A DNA stretch of 64,000 nt from contig NC_091983.1 in assembly GCF_044704955.1 (NCBI RefSeq), forward strand, positions 22,754,001 through 22,818,000, read 5' to 3'. The first letter of the stretch is position 1. Each line of letters opens with the position of its first letter. The position numbers were made by a program, and so were the translations under genes. Below the pieces are notes generated by a model. The model saw only the letters and a program-made list of their open reading frames with translations. It was not told the origin of the DNA and did no database searches. Shown piece by piece: positions 33,051-46,277 of this stretch. This stretch comes from Pristiophorus japonicus. Taxonomy: Eukaryota.

Positions 33051-35781
33051 GGGCTAGATTTTGCATTATTTTTGCATGCATAACACTTCAGAATGGGCGA
33101 TCCCACTGCCCATAATATCGGCCAGTGTTACTTTCGGCACATAATTAACATTCAGATCTAATAATATCACCCGCCCACTGTTTTTTTCCAGCAAGATCAC
33201 ATTTGCCAAAACTAACGCCCAGTATATCGGCCATCCTTACTTTCGGCACCGCACACATCTCGCCCACAATATCGCTCGTCGAAAAAAATGCCGGGAAAAA
33301 GTGGAACGACCAGGAACGACGCACAGCGGTATGGACGCCATGTTCTAAATCACATGTTGCATCATTTAAAAGGCTGCTCTGCTTCAACTTCGGGGGAGTT
33401 CGGATGTACTCTGGAGGTCTTTGGAGGTGATGTGAACATCTGAACAAACATCTTTGCCATAGTGTGGACGACTGGAATTTAATAGGTGTCTTAGTTGGGT
33501 CATTCATTCTTGGTGAGCAATCGGTGGAAAACAGATAGCTATTGGAATGGGGTCTGTCCTTTCTCACCCTCTCTTTTTGACCAATTACATGCTGCAGACT
33601 CGAGATAGCAGAAGGTACGCTCAACAGCATCATGTGCCCAATGTAAGATGCGACTGCGTGATGAGGAGGATCAGACGTTACAACCCCGAAAGTACAGCAA
33701 GAAGCAATCTTACCTCAACTTGCTTGACCCCACCTGCCTTCGGAGACTGCGCTTCCACAAAGAGGTTATCAGTGAGATATGCCAGCTCATTAGGGAAGAT
33801 CTGCAGCCTGCCAGCACCATCAGGACTGCACTGTTCGTCGAGGTCAAAGTCACCGTGGCACTGTCGTTCTAGGCGTCGGATTCTTTTCAGGCCTCAGCTG
33901 GTGACATTTGTGGTATGCCTCAGCATGCCACACATTGCTGCATTAGAGAGGTCACTGAAGCCCTGTGTGCATGCAGGATGGACTTTATTAGCTTCCCTAT
34001 GACCAGGGAGGCTCAGACTGAAAGGGCTTTAGGATTCTACAGAATTGCAAACTTCCCCAAGAGGCAGGGAGCAATAGACTGTACGCACATCGTGATGCGG
34101 GCACCTTTTCAGGATACAGAGGTTTTCAGGAACCGCAAGGGATTCCACTCCTGAATGTCCAACTCGTTGTCGACCACCAGCAAATTATAATGGCAGTGAA
34201 TGCTAAATTTCCAGGCAGCATCCATGACGCTCACATCCTGCGTGAGAGCACTGTATCTGACTTGTTTAACAATTAGCCACAAGGTCAATGCTGGATGCTT
34301 GGTGACAAAGGATATGGCCTCACCACCTGGCTGATGACCCCCCTGCGTGACACCCACACCAAAGCCAAGAAGCGATACAACGAGAGACACAGAGCCACTT
34401 GCAATATCGTGGCGAAAAACATTGGTGTGCTTAAGCAGCGCTTTAGTTGATTGGACCACTCAGGAGGTGAGCTCCAATACCACCCAGAGCAGGTCAATTC
34501 GTGGTGGTGTACTCCATGCTGCACAACTTAGATAACAGGAGGGGACAAGATTTGCCAGAAGGGTGTGAGGGTCAACCTCAAGAGAGAGAGGAAGGGGAGG
34601 ATGAGGAGGTGGGCGCTGACCTCAGGCCACTTAATCAGGTTGATGCTGAAGCCATGCCCCTGCCCCCCTGTAGACCACAGGAAAGGGCCCGTGGTGGCAT
34701 CATAGCTGCAAGACTCTTTCGTCAGGAGCTCATAAATGAGCGCTTTGCCTGAAAGAATATTAGTGGTATTTACAAGGCTGACACACTGCTGGGTGTGCAG
34801 GTCATACATCAAATGGTGGGCTTCACCTTGGTGACATGTAAAATTTAAGTTGATTGAAGTTAAGTGTAATTATACCCTTTGATATTAAGGAATCACCAGC
34901 ATGTAACGGTGCAGCTATCTGAGTCAATGCGCAACAAGGTTATGTTAAATAAAAAACATTTAAACCAAACCTTTATCTGAAATCATAAGTATATCTGTAA
35001 AAACCAACCCCCCCCCCCCCACTTCCCCCCTCACTTCTCATCCCCACCTCTACCACTTCCCCTTCCCCTCCTGACTCCAAGCCACCTGGCCGAGGAGTTC
35101 CTCAGGCGCTGCTTCATGGGCGGGGGGATGACGGCTGAACCGCTGCTTGGATGGATACGGGAGAGGACGGTCCAAAGGTTGGAACGTGCTCTGAGCCAGA
35201 AGCAAAATGTTGCTCCTGGCTCTCATGTCATTGGCAATGGGGATGCGACACCTTGGGGTACAGTGCCGCACTCCAGGACTACTGGGAGCCCTCTGGCTAA
35301 CAGCTCCAGGGTCCCCTCCATCCCTTCCATGTTATATATTATTTGTTCGGCAAAAGCTCGGTGCTAACTATGTTCTGGGTGCTTAGTAGGCTTTTTGCTG
35401 CTGGTGAATCTCCTTCGTGCCTCCCACAATAGCCAAACAAGCACACACCACAGCCACACACGCTTTCAGTCCCTCGCTGTTCCATCTCTCTCTGTCTCCT
35501 CTTCCGCACATGTAACGATGACCCCCTGACCTCCTGAATCGTGGGAAACGAGTGTTACCATGCCATTGCTAAGGACGGCGACACTTTATGGCTGAAGGTC
35601 AGGGAGATTTAACGCTAACGCCCATTTCAGATCACTCGTGGTAACGCCCAATTTTTTAAATGGAGTCTAGGGGCTTTGAAAATGGGCGACAAGCTGGCAA
35701 TCTGAAAATCCATTTATACCGCCCATGCCAGAAATACCGCCCATTTTTGGACGATCTGCACAAAAGTATAAAATCTAGCCC
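33051..35781 (+). mobile_element. Harbinger transposon C: TIRs and TSD TAT, transposase retained, Myb gene largely deleted
   Basis: TAT-gggctagatttt ... aaaatctagccc-TAT. Confidence 0.92.
33547..34752 (+). pseudogene. HARBI1-like DDE transposase, near full length with stops and frameshifts
   Basis: 'RRLRFHKEVISEICQLI', 'NFPKRQGAIDCTHI', 'FRNRKGFHSLNVQ', 'FPGSIHDAHIL', 'WMLGDKGY', 'MLHNL', 'RQELINERFA*'. Confidence 0.93.
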
Positions 35782-35943
35782 TATACCTCTAGAAATAAAC
35801 CCTCGTGCTTGGTTAGCTTTTTTTATGGCACTATTAGCCTGTAATTTGTGTATTTGTTCTCCGAGATCTCTGTATTCCTCTACCCCACCTAGACTTGCAC
35901 CCTCCAAGTAATAAGTGACCTCCCTATTCTTCCTCTCAAAATG

Positions 35944-38900
35944 CCTGTCTAAATGCACATAGCATTCGTAACAAAATAGATGAGTTGACGGCACAAATAG
36001 ATACAAATGGGTATGATCTAATTGCCACTACAGAGACGTGGTTGCAAGGTGACCAGGATTGGGAATTAAATATTCAGGGATATTTGACAATCCGGGAGGA
36101 CAGACAGAAAGGAAAAGGAGGTGGGGTAGCTCTATTGATAAAGGATGGAATCACTGCAACAGTGAGAAACGATATTGGCTCAAATGATCAGGATGTTGAA
36201 ACAATTTGGGTGGAGATAAGGAATAATAAAGGGAAAAAGTCACTGGTGAGCATAGTCTATTGGTCCCCTAACAGTAGCAACTCTGTTGGTCGGAGTATAA
36301 ACCAGGAAATAGAAGGGGCTTGTAAAAAGTGAACAGCTGTAATCATGGGTGATTTTAACCTCCATATTGATTGGACAAATCAAATTAGTCAGGGTAGTTT
36401 TGAGGAAGAGTTCATTGAATGCATAAGGGATGGGTTCCTTGAGCAGCACAGTACCAGGGGTCAGGCTATCTTGGATCTGGTCCTGTGTAATGAGACAGGA
36501 TTAATAAACAATCTCTTAGTAAAGGATCCTCTTGGAATTAGTGATCATAGCATGGTTGAATTTTAAACTCAGATAAAGGGTGAGAAAGTTGGATCTCAAA
36601 CCAGTGTACTAAGCTTAAATAGAGATCATGAAGGTATGAGGGCAGAGGTGGCTAAAGTGGACTTGGAAAATAGATTAAAGTGTCGGAAGGTTGATGAACA
36701 GTGGTGTACATTTAAGGAGATATTTCACAACTCTCAAGAAAAATATATTCCAAGGAGGAGAAAAGGGTGTAAGAGAAAAGATAGCCATCCGTGGCTAACT
36801 AAAGAAATAAAGGATGGTATCCAATTAAAAACAAAGGCATAAAAGATGGCCAAAACTAGTGCGAGGACAGAAGATTGGGAAGCTTTTAAAAGCCAGCAAA
36901 GAATTACTAAAAAATTATTAAGAAAGGGAAGATAAACTATGAAATAAACTAGCACGAAATATAAAAACAGATAGCAAGAGTTTCTATTGGTATATAAAAA
37001 GGAAAAGAGTGGCTAAAGTAAATGTTGGATCCTTAGAGGACGAGAATGGGGAATTAGTAATGGGGAAAATGGAGATGGCAGAAACTCTGAACAAATATTT
37101 TCTATCAGTCTTTACGGTAGAGGACACCAGCAATATTCCAACAGTGGGTAGTCAAGGGGCTATAGCAAGGGAGGAACTAAACACAATCACTAAGGAGGTT
37201 GTACTCAGTAAGATAATGGGAATAAATGAGGATAAATCCCCTGGACCTGATGGCTTGCATGCTAGGGTCTTAAGAGAAGTAGCAGCAGGGATTATGGATA
37301 CATTGGTTGTAATTTACCAAATTCTCTGGATTCTGGGGAAGTCCTAGCAGATTGGAAAACTGCAAATGTAACACCCCTATTTAAAAAAGGAGGCAGACAA
37401 AAAGTAGGAAATTATAGACCAGTTAGCCTAACATCTCTGGTTGGGAAAATGTTGGAGTCCATTATTAAAGAAGCAGTAGCAGGACATTTGGAAAAGCATA
37501 ATTCAGTCAAGCAGAGTCAGCATGGATTTGTGAAGGGGAAGTCATAGAAACATAGAAGCATAGACACATACAAATTTACAGCGCAGAAGGAGGCCATTTC
37601 GGCCCATTGTGTCCACGCTGACTAACAAAGAGCCACATGGCCCTTGGTCAGCAGCCCGAAAAACACATATAAACCTATGAACAATGATGGAAAGGCAAAG
37701 AGCACCCAGCCCAATCAGTCCGCCTCACACACCTGCGACACCCCTTATACTGAAACATTCTACACTCCACCTCAACCAGAGCCATGTGATCTCCTGGGAG
37801 AGGCAAAAACCAGATAAAAACTCAGGCCAAATTAGGGAGAAAAAGTCTGGGAAAATTCTTCTCTGACCCATCCAGGCGATCGAAACAAGTCCAGGAGATC
37901 ACCCTGACCGTATTCTATTCCCTGCAGTACTTACCATTATATCTGCGCCGTTCAACAAAAGATCATCCAGTCTAATCCCAATTACCAGCTCTGGATCTAT
38001 AACCCTGCAGGTTACTGCACTTTAAGTGCCCATCCAACCATCTCTTAAAAGTGGTGAGGATTTCTGCATTCACCACTCTTCCAGGCAGTGAGTTCCAGAT
38101 CCCCAGAACCCTCTGCGTAAAGAAGCCCCGGCCCCCCTCAAATCCCTTCTAAACCTTCCACCAACCACCTTAAAACTATGCTCCCTCATCATGTATGACA
38201 AATTTGCTGGAATTCTTTGAGGATGTAACAAATAGGGTGGATAAAGAGGAGTCAGTGGATGTGGTGTATTTGGACTTACAGGAGGCATTTGACAAGGTGC
38301 CACATAAAAAGTTACTGCACAAGATAAAAGTTGACAGGGTTGGGGGTAATATATTAGCATGGATAGAGGATTGGCTAACGAACAGAAAACAGAGAGTCGG
38401 GATAAATGGTTCATTCTCGGGTTGGCAATCAGTAACTAGTGGGGTGCCGCAGGGATCAGTGCTGGGACCCCAACTATTTACAATCTATATTAACGACTTG
38501 GAAGAAAGGACTGAGTGTAACGTAGTCAAGTTTGCTGCTGATACAAAGATGGGAGGAAAAGCAATATGTGAGGAGGACACAAAAAAAATTTACAAAAGTG
38601 CATAGACAGGCTAAATGAGTGGGCAAAATTTTGGCAGATGGAGTATAATGTTGGAAAGTGTGAGGTCATGCATTTTGGTAGAAAATAATCAAAGAGCAAG
38701 TTATTATTTAAATGGAGAAAAATTGCAAAGTGCTGCAGTACAGCGGGATCTGGGGGTACTTGTGCATGAAACACAAAAGGTTCGTATGCAGGTACAGCAA
38801 GTGATCAGGAAGGCCAATAAAATCTTGGCCTTTATTACAAAGGGGATGGTGTATAAAAAGCAGGGAAGTCTTGCTACAGTTGTACAGGGTATTGATGAGG

Positions 38901-39459
38901 CCACACCTGGAATACAGTGTACAGTTTTAGTTTCCATATTTATAAAAGGATATACTTGCTTTGGAGGCAGTTCAGAGAAAGTTCACTAGGTTGATTCCGG
39001 AGATGAGGGAGTTGACTTATGAGGAAAGGTTGAGGAGGTTGGACCTCTACTTATTGGAATTCAGAAGAATGAGAGATGATCTTATCGAAACGAAAGGGGG
39101 CTTGACAAGGTTGATGCAGAGAGGATGTTTCCACTGATAGGGGAGACTAGAACTAGAGGGCATAACCTTTGAATAAGGGGCCACCCATTTAAAACTGAGA
39201 TGAGGAGGAATTTCTTCTCTCAGAGGGTTGTAATTCTGTGGAATCACTGCCTCAGAGAGCTGTGAAAGCAGGGACATTGAATAAATTTAAGTCCGAGATA
39301 AACATTTTCTTAATCAATAAGGGATTAAGAGGTTATGGGGAATGGGCAATGAAGTGGACCTGAGTCCATGATCGGATCAGCCATGATCGTATTAAATGGG
39401 GGAGCAGGCTCGAGGGACAGTATGGCCTACTCCTGCTCCTATTGCTTATGTTCTTATGT
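35944..39459 (+). mobile_element. CR1 LINE with nearly the whole ORF2 (APE endonuclease + RT), degraded; TSD AAAATG
   Basis: 'LNAHSIRNK..DLIATTETW', 'MGDFN', 'SDH', 'KSPGPDG', 'GVPQGSVLGP', 'FAADTK'; ttatg tail. Confidence 0.93.
37547..38188 (-). mobile_element. CR1-like 3' fragment nested in CR1
   Basis: Reverse tail 'agaaacatagaagcatag'; 'REHSFKVVGGRFRRDLR'; host resumes at 'tcatgtatgacaaat'. Confidence 0.78.
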
Positions 39460-40536
39460 AAAATGTAATACCTCACATTGATCTGTGTTGAACTTCATTT
39501 TCCAATTAAATGCCCACTCTGCTAGTTTATTAATGTCCTCCTGTAATTTGTTGACGTCCTCCTCAGTATTGATTATCACCCCCAATTTGGTGTCATCCAC
39601 AAATTTAGAAATTGCATTTTTGATTCCAAAGTCTAAATCGTTAATATAAATTGTGAACAACAGTGGTCCCAGCACTGATCCTTGTGGAACACCACTACCC
39701 ATATTCTGCCACTGTGAATAGCTACTTTTTACCCACTGTCTGCTTTCTGTCTTGAAGACAGCTAGCTATCAATTCTGCTACTCGTCCCCTAACTCTGCAT
39801 TCATGTTTATTATGGGTTATCTTATCGAATGTCTTTTGAAAATCTAGATAAATTACATCTACTTCATTGTCCTTGTTTATTATCTGTTACCTCTTCCAAA
39901 AAATTCATTGAGGTTGGTCAAGCAAGACTTTCCCTTTTGAAATCCATGCTGACTATTCATTTTTATATTTTTGGTTTCTAGATATTCTTCTATTTTCTCC
40001 TTTAGTAGGGATTCCATTAGTTTTCCTACCATCGATGTTAAGCTGACTTGTCTATAATTCGCTGGACATGTTCTATCCCTCTTCTTAAATATAGGGATTA
40101 CATTAGCTATCCGCCAGCCCTCTGGCAATACAACTTTTTCAAACAAATTATTAATATGTGTAGTAATGCTTCTGCTGTCTCTTCTGTAGATTCTTTTAAA
40201 ATGCATGCAGGGTTTTATTCTATTTGAGTTTGATTAGTTTATTTAATATAGCCCCTCTTTTTATTTTAAATGCACTTATCTCATTACTAATCTCATCATC
40301 CAATGTCATTTCCACCTGTTCTATCTCCCTGGTAAATACTGAAGCAAAATAATTACTTAATATTTCTGCCATTTCTCTTTCGTTTCCTGTGGCATTAATG
40401 ACCATATTCCCATCCCAACCTTCCTTTTTTATTGCTGTGCCTGTAAAATATTTTACTATTTTGTTTTATGTTCCTTGATAATTAAATTGCATAGTTCCTC
40501 TTTGCCTTCCTAATTGTTTTTTTTACTTCTCTCCTC

Positions 40537-41202
40537 GGGGGAGGAATTTGGTTGTTTAGCGCCACCATTAGCACCAGAGAGGGGCTAAGCACCTATTGCC
40601 CGAGCGCCGTGCTATGGCAACCTGCCGTGAACTTCACTGGTGGTTTTGCGGTGGCGCTTCATTTAGCGCTGCGCTCTCTAGCGCCTCCCACCTGGTGCCG
40701 TCAAGAGTGTGCAATGCCCCCTTTGCGACTCGTTTCTGAAATTGGCTGCTTTTGCCTGCCGTAGCGCCTGGCCTGTCACTACTCCTGACAGGGGGAAGTA
40801 GACGCAACACCGAGGATTCCGGGGCGATATCGCAGGGAATGAAGAGGTAAGTGTTGAGAGTCAAGTTTTTAACAATTACTTACTTCTCTTACCTGTGGAA
40901 GGTTGCTGGTAGCCTCCCTTCCATGTTTTTGCAGGTTGCACATGGCCGACCACACCTCCTCTTTCGACGCTAGGATGCCGGTGCCCTCGCGCCTCAACTT
41001 GAGAAGTGCTCCCGCGCTCCCGCCCCGCGATGGGCTTTAGCGCCCGATGAGGATTGTGCAACGCTTCCCTTAGCGCTTCACTTTCCTCTTGGGGCGATAC
41101 AACTGAATATCCCACTTTGTGGCTGGAGACATCGCCCCGCGATAAAGGTAGCGTCCCAACGGCGTCACCGCCTCAAAGGGGGCGATACCGAATTTCTAGC
41201 CC
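40537..41202. mobile_element. Harbinger-type MITE (E)
   Basis: Imperfect TIR gggggaggaattt / gaatttctagccc; CpG-rich; interrupts CR1; TSD ctc/cta. Confidence 0.72.
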
Positions 41203-41500
41203 CTAATCTCTTTGTATTCTCCCATATCCTGCACTCCCCTGCTGTCTATGTACTTAATATATGCTTCTTTCCTTACCCTCAATTGTTCCCTTATGGCTTT
41301 ATTCATCCATGGAGTTTCATTAGTGTTTGGTGTTTAGGTAGAAAGGCTGAAGAGATGGGGGCTGATTTCTAATGGGATGAAAATACTTTTTTTTTTGCTA
41401 TGTCAAGAATGAAATTTATGAACATTATATTTCATTATAGCAGAGATGTGGATTCTTTCAACACAGGTACATTGAAGAAGCATCATTACTACCCATGTGA

Positions 41501-41625
41501 TACACATCCCTGTCCCAATAGGCTACAGTAGAGATTGGTCAATCATACACATCCCTGCCAGGCTACAGTAGAGATTGATCAATCAGACACATCTCTGCCA
41601 GGCTACAGTAGGATTGGCCAATGCA
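41501..41625. repeat. About 39-bp tandem repeat, 3 copies
   Basis: aggctacagtagagattggtcaatcatacacatccctgcc repeated. Confidence 0.85.
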
Positions 41626-44345
41626 GGTTAGATTGGAAAGACAATTCAAGAGGTTCATTTCTCCCCCTCTCACACCCACAGTTATACGTTCCTGTTAAAG
41701 TATTTTTAATAATACACCAAGCTACCCAGGAGCAGCCAGATTGAGCAGATCTTTAAAGACACACTCAACTAAATAAACCTATTGAGAGAGGAGGGCCATT
41801 GTCCCCAAACAGGGGCAAAAGAAGGAACATTCTATGAAATGACTCTTGTGCTGAAATGTACAACTCCCAATATTATAGGGCACTAGGACCATGGGGAGAG
41901 GATGGTGGCAGCCATCTGGGCTCCAATTAAGTGGGCACAGGTGTTCCTATTTAAAATAGACAGGCAAGGGGCTTACCCAACCCAAACCTGCCAGATATGG
42001 GGAGATTGTCGGGAAGGGAGGTTGGAAAGGTGCAGATTGCATTGGTCTGTGACAACCTTGAATGTCAGTGTATTTTGTTTGATGAATCGAAGAATAAAAG
42101 TGTGCAGGAGCTGAACTGCCTTTGGCTGACTGGAGTGACTCAGTTTCGAGAAGACCGGGGGGGGTGATACAAGTGTTGGCCACCCTTAGACAAGGGACGC
42201 TTGATCACACTCCATATCCCTGGAATGATGGTAACGGCAATGCTGCTATTTTATTTCTAAAGATGTTGATGTAGCCGAAACATATTACAATCTTCAGCAA
42301 GAATGCCTCATCCTTATGAACACGCAAACTTAAAACAATGTACAGTTGTCCTGATTATTCAGTCATTTTTGAGCTGAAATGTTTGTTCTACCCATAATTT
42401 GAATCAAGTAATGTAAACTCCATAAAGAATTTAGTGTGAAAAGAAGGAATTTGAATTAAGCAACTTTGAATTTAGAGGAGTAGCATGTATAAGATTAGTT
42501 GATTGATTTATTATAGAAAGAGAGGATTGCCTTGATATACCTTCCACATGCTTGTGATATTGTGAAGTGCTTCTCAGTCATTGAATTACTTTTGAAGTGC
42601 AGTCACTTGTTTTCTGGAAAAAAGCAACAGCCAATTGGTGCAACTGAGACAAATGAGAGTGAATTTGTTTTGGATGGTGTTGGTTGAGGGACGGACATTA
42701 GCTGGGATGCAGAGAGAGCTTTCTGCTCTCACTACCATGGGATCTTGCATGTCCACCTGACAGGCAGATGGGACCCAGGTCAGCCATCTTTGCTCTTGCA
42801 TGACCATGCCAATTATTCTCTGAGTCCCCTTTACTCTCCAATAATTACAGAATGTCACATCAGTGCATGCTCTATTTTATGAGTGAATTCCATAATGTAC
42901 ACAATCAACCTACTCTTTTGTAACACCATGATTCCCCTTGGCACCTACATCTGTCTTGTATTTTTTTTTAGCCTGTTCTTGTGCACCTGAGGGTAGGGGG
43001 TTGCAGAAGTTGGTTGGCTGCTCATGTTTGGCACATGCAGGTGGCACCTCCTCTCTCTCTCGAGCTTGCTCCTGGTCTCGCTGTGCACGTCCCACTGGCT
43101 TGGACTCTTGAGGAGGAAGGCCAGAGGACTGAGAGAGAAGACTGTCTCAGAAAGGTGGAGTCCATCCATTGTCATTCTACAGGTCCTTGTCTGCACTGGC
43201 CAGCTGGTTTAATGCTGGCTATTGGAGGCCGAGAGCCTTGAGGCTCGGCAGTTACCATGGTCTGGAAGGTTATTTTACATGCTCCACTTGATTCTGTTCC
43301 CTAATGCTTCCAAAGCTGACTGTGCTGCGGTGGAGGTGGAGGCACCTACTGGTCCCTGGTCAATGTCTTAGCTGGGTGTGTGCTGCAGTTCCCAATGAAG
43401 CTCCATTGGAATTCCTGCAAGGAAGGCAAAGCTTGCATTTGTGCTGAAAAACAGGTGCAACGCATACCAATTTCTATTCCAGTTTCTCTGTATCTATCCA
43501 GTCGAATGCCCTTATTTATTTTAAACCTCTCGATTTAGATCACCTCTCCATCATCTAATCTCAAGGTAATACAACTCCAGATCAATTTAATCCTTTTAGC
43601 CCTGGTCTCTTTCCAGTGAATCTAAACTGTACGCCATACAAGACTATTATCTTTCTTGGGGTGGAGTGCCCAAAGCTGAACGCAGTACTCCAGGTGGGGT
43701 CTGACCAAAGCTCTACAACTGAAGTATCACTTCCTCACTTCTGTTATTCTAAATCCCTTGAGGAAAAAAAGCCAACATTTCATTAGCCTCACCAATACTT
43801 TCTATATTTGTGCCTGAGCTTTTAGTGATTTGCAAATGAGTGGACCCAGGAACCCTACAGGGCCTCTGCAGTCCATTGGTGAGTGTCTACATCTTGAAGT
43901 GGAAATTCTGGGCCTGCTGATCTGATAAAGACATTTGGTTGACATCACATTTTCACAAAAGCAATATGCCTTTAAAATGAATGTTAGCAAATCTCAGTCA
44001 TGCCAGTTTTGATTTGAATAGCCTCCTTTTCGTTTGTTTTTGCTGCTAGTGTATCTTCTCTGCCTTACTCTGCTACACTACCATGGAGTCCTTCCATTTA
44101 ATGGTCCAGCACAGATGGCAACACCTATTCTCCTGATTGGGAGCCCAGTACACCATTTGATGGGGGCATTTTATATTGGGAGTGAAATTACCACACAATT
44201 AATAAAATCAAGGAAGGACAATGCAGAATTCAACATATTCCTGTTTGACTTCCAATGGATACATTACACCTTTCTCCCCAGTCCCATTCTCCTTCTTTAT
44301 TGTTCACCTGGGTTAAACCAAAGGATGCACAATCTTGATTTAAGC

Positions 44346-44900
44346 CTCATTTGGTGCTGAACTTCAAGCCCCACATTCAGGCTATCACCTAGACTACCTA
44401 CTTTCAACTGCTAACTATCGTCCCTCTCCATCCTTACCTCACTATCATTGCCCTAATCCAAGCCTTCATCAGCTCCATGACTTGACTGTTTCAATGCTCC
44501 CTTTACCAGTCTCCTAAGTTCCAGAAACTCCAACTCATCTCGAACTTTAATGCCCATATCCTATCCCACACTAATTTTCCCTGTTCTATTTCCTCACCAG
44601 GTGATGAAGGCTTGGGTTAGGTTATCCATGGCAATGATAGTGAGGTAGGGAAAGAGAGGAATGATATTTAGTCTTGGTGAGGGACTGAATGTGGGGTTTG
44701 AAGTTCAGCACCAGATGAAGCAGACCTCCTTTGCTCCCGTTCTCTCAGCGCAAAGATTTTAAAATCCACAACCTTGTCCACAGTTCCCTCCAGGGCTTGG
44801 TCTGGTCATACTAACCCTGCAACCTTCTGAACCCTGACAAATCTGCTTCCATCCTCTGCCTCTTGGATTCTGATTGACTCCTCGTCTCCCTCTTCACCAG
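44346..44900 (+). mobile_element. L2 fragment with an internal inverted duplication
   Basis: 44346-44473 is mirrored at 44601-44720. Confidence 0.7.
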
Positions 44901-45805
44901 AGCCTTTAAGAATATGGTCAGCTCTCCGTCACAGAGCAACAGTATTCCAAGTGGTCAATACAAGGATAAATGTCCCACTCCGCACTCCCGTCAGCGAGCC
45001 TCGCCCGCTGGAAGAGCAGATCAGAAACTCGGGCATGCTCCTTTCATGATCAGGCTTCTGTATGTTCTCTCGGCACAGCTCCCTGGTAGCAATATCAAAC
45101 CCAGAAAATTATCTCTTGCATATAACTAGAATAACATTTTAGTTGCTGCTCATGGAGAAGTTCGTTAACTGCCTTCACCTGCCCTCCCCCACCCCACCTT
45201 TCTCAATGCACAGGCTAGATCCACTCAGGTCAAAGGTCACTCCTGAAGTTTGGCTAACTCATGCTTCATTTACATAGAGTGCCTGATGGAATTTAATCCA
45301 AATCATGCAATTTGTAAATATTAATTTTCTGTAATGCTGTACCCTATGATCTGCTTTATTATAATCTTTTATGATGAAACTATTTAGATGTACTGGGTTG
45401 ATTGCTCCACTTCAAATGTTCCACAATTATCAGTGGAAATCAATAGTTCAAAAATATGAGGCTGTACGAATTGATTACTACATCTGATTAACAGGAAACT
45501 CGTATCACGGGTAACTGTGTGAAATTGTCCTGCGTGCATGAGGGTCCTTTTGTTATTTTGTTTCGCAGAATGCCTTTCCAGCACATTCTTCCATTCACTC
45601 CCATTAATGAACAATTGGAGTACGATAGAACAGTCAAAATCAGTCTTGCCCCAGGCAGAATGATGTTTGCAGATAACATTGTGCTTGCATAGTTCTCCAT
45701 GAGAGTTGAAACCAGTGTGTTGTGAACTCCCAATTCACGTTAATGACACCATGGTTCAGTTTAAGTTTCTATTTTTAAACAAAACCATAAATTTCTTGTA
45801 CAAAC

Positions 45806-46105
45806 TGTTATGTCTGTAATGTACCTATGAATGACTCCACGAGGCAATGTGTTGTACTCAAACTGTAGTGACCTTGGTCCTTTATTCGTAACTCCAGAGT
45901 GAGGCAGCCGCATGGTGGCTATTCTTTTATACAGCCTCTGCCACCAGGGCAGGAAAACCCATTCTCCACCAGTTGCACCCTCTAGTGGTGTCAGCATAGT
46001 ATAAGTATAAACCTTATTGATAGGACATCAGGTAAACAAGTCTCCATCTTATTCAACTATACAGTGACTACACAGAGAGTATATCTATAGTCTGCATATA
46101 TAACA
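45806..46105 (-). mobile_element. Gypsy-type solo LTR (300 bp)
   Basis: TG..CA ends, TSD caaac/caaaa, reverse TATAAAA and AATAAA. Confidence 0.82.
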
Positions 46106-46277
46106 CAAAAGTTGACACTAGGAAAGCATTATTGCACTGCACTGTGCCTGGGAGATCACTGGGAAACCTTGGGAACCACAGTGCTTTTATGGGCTCAATC
46201 TACTTTAATGGTGCAGTTTTCCATTCTTCGTGAATAGATCCTAGTGAACGTGTCTTTTATTTTCTTTCTTTTTATAG

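Larger units (their letters stand above)
32230..41330 (-). mobile_element. Old CR1 LINE hosting four direct nested insertions (one of which holds a fifth)
   Basis: Segments 32230-32543, 32788-33050, 35782-35943, 39460-40536 and 41203-41330 are collinear; 'GVPQGSVLGPLLFTIYINDL..KFVDDTKL' at 39454-39702. Confidence 0.82.

Noticed and set aside
33547-34752. Domesticated host HARBI1 gene
   Set aside because: Has stops and frameshifts, is flanked by TIRs and a TSD, and is nested in a CR1
42900-43480. Further Harbinger Myb-gene remnant with right end
   Set aside because: Composition and an 'aatttctattcc' end are suggestive, but it is too degenerate to support
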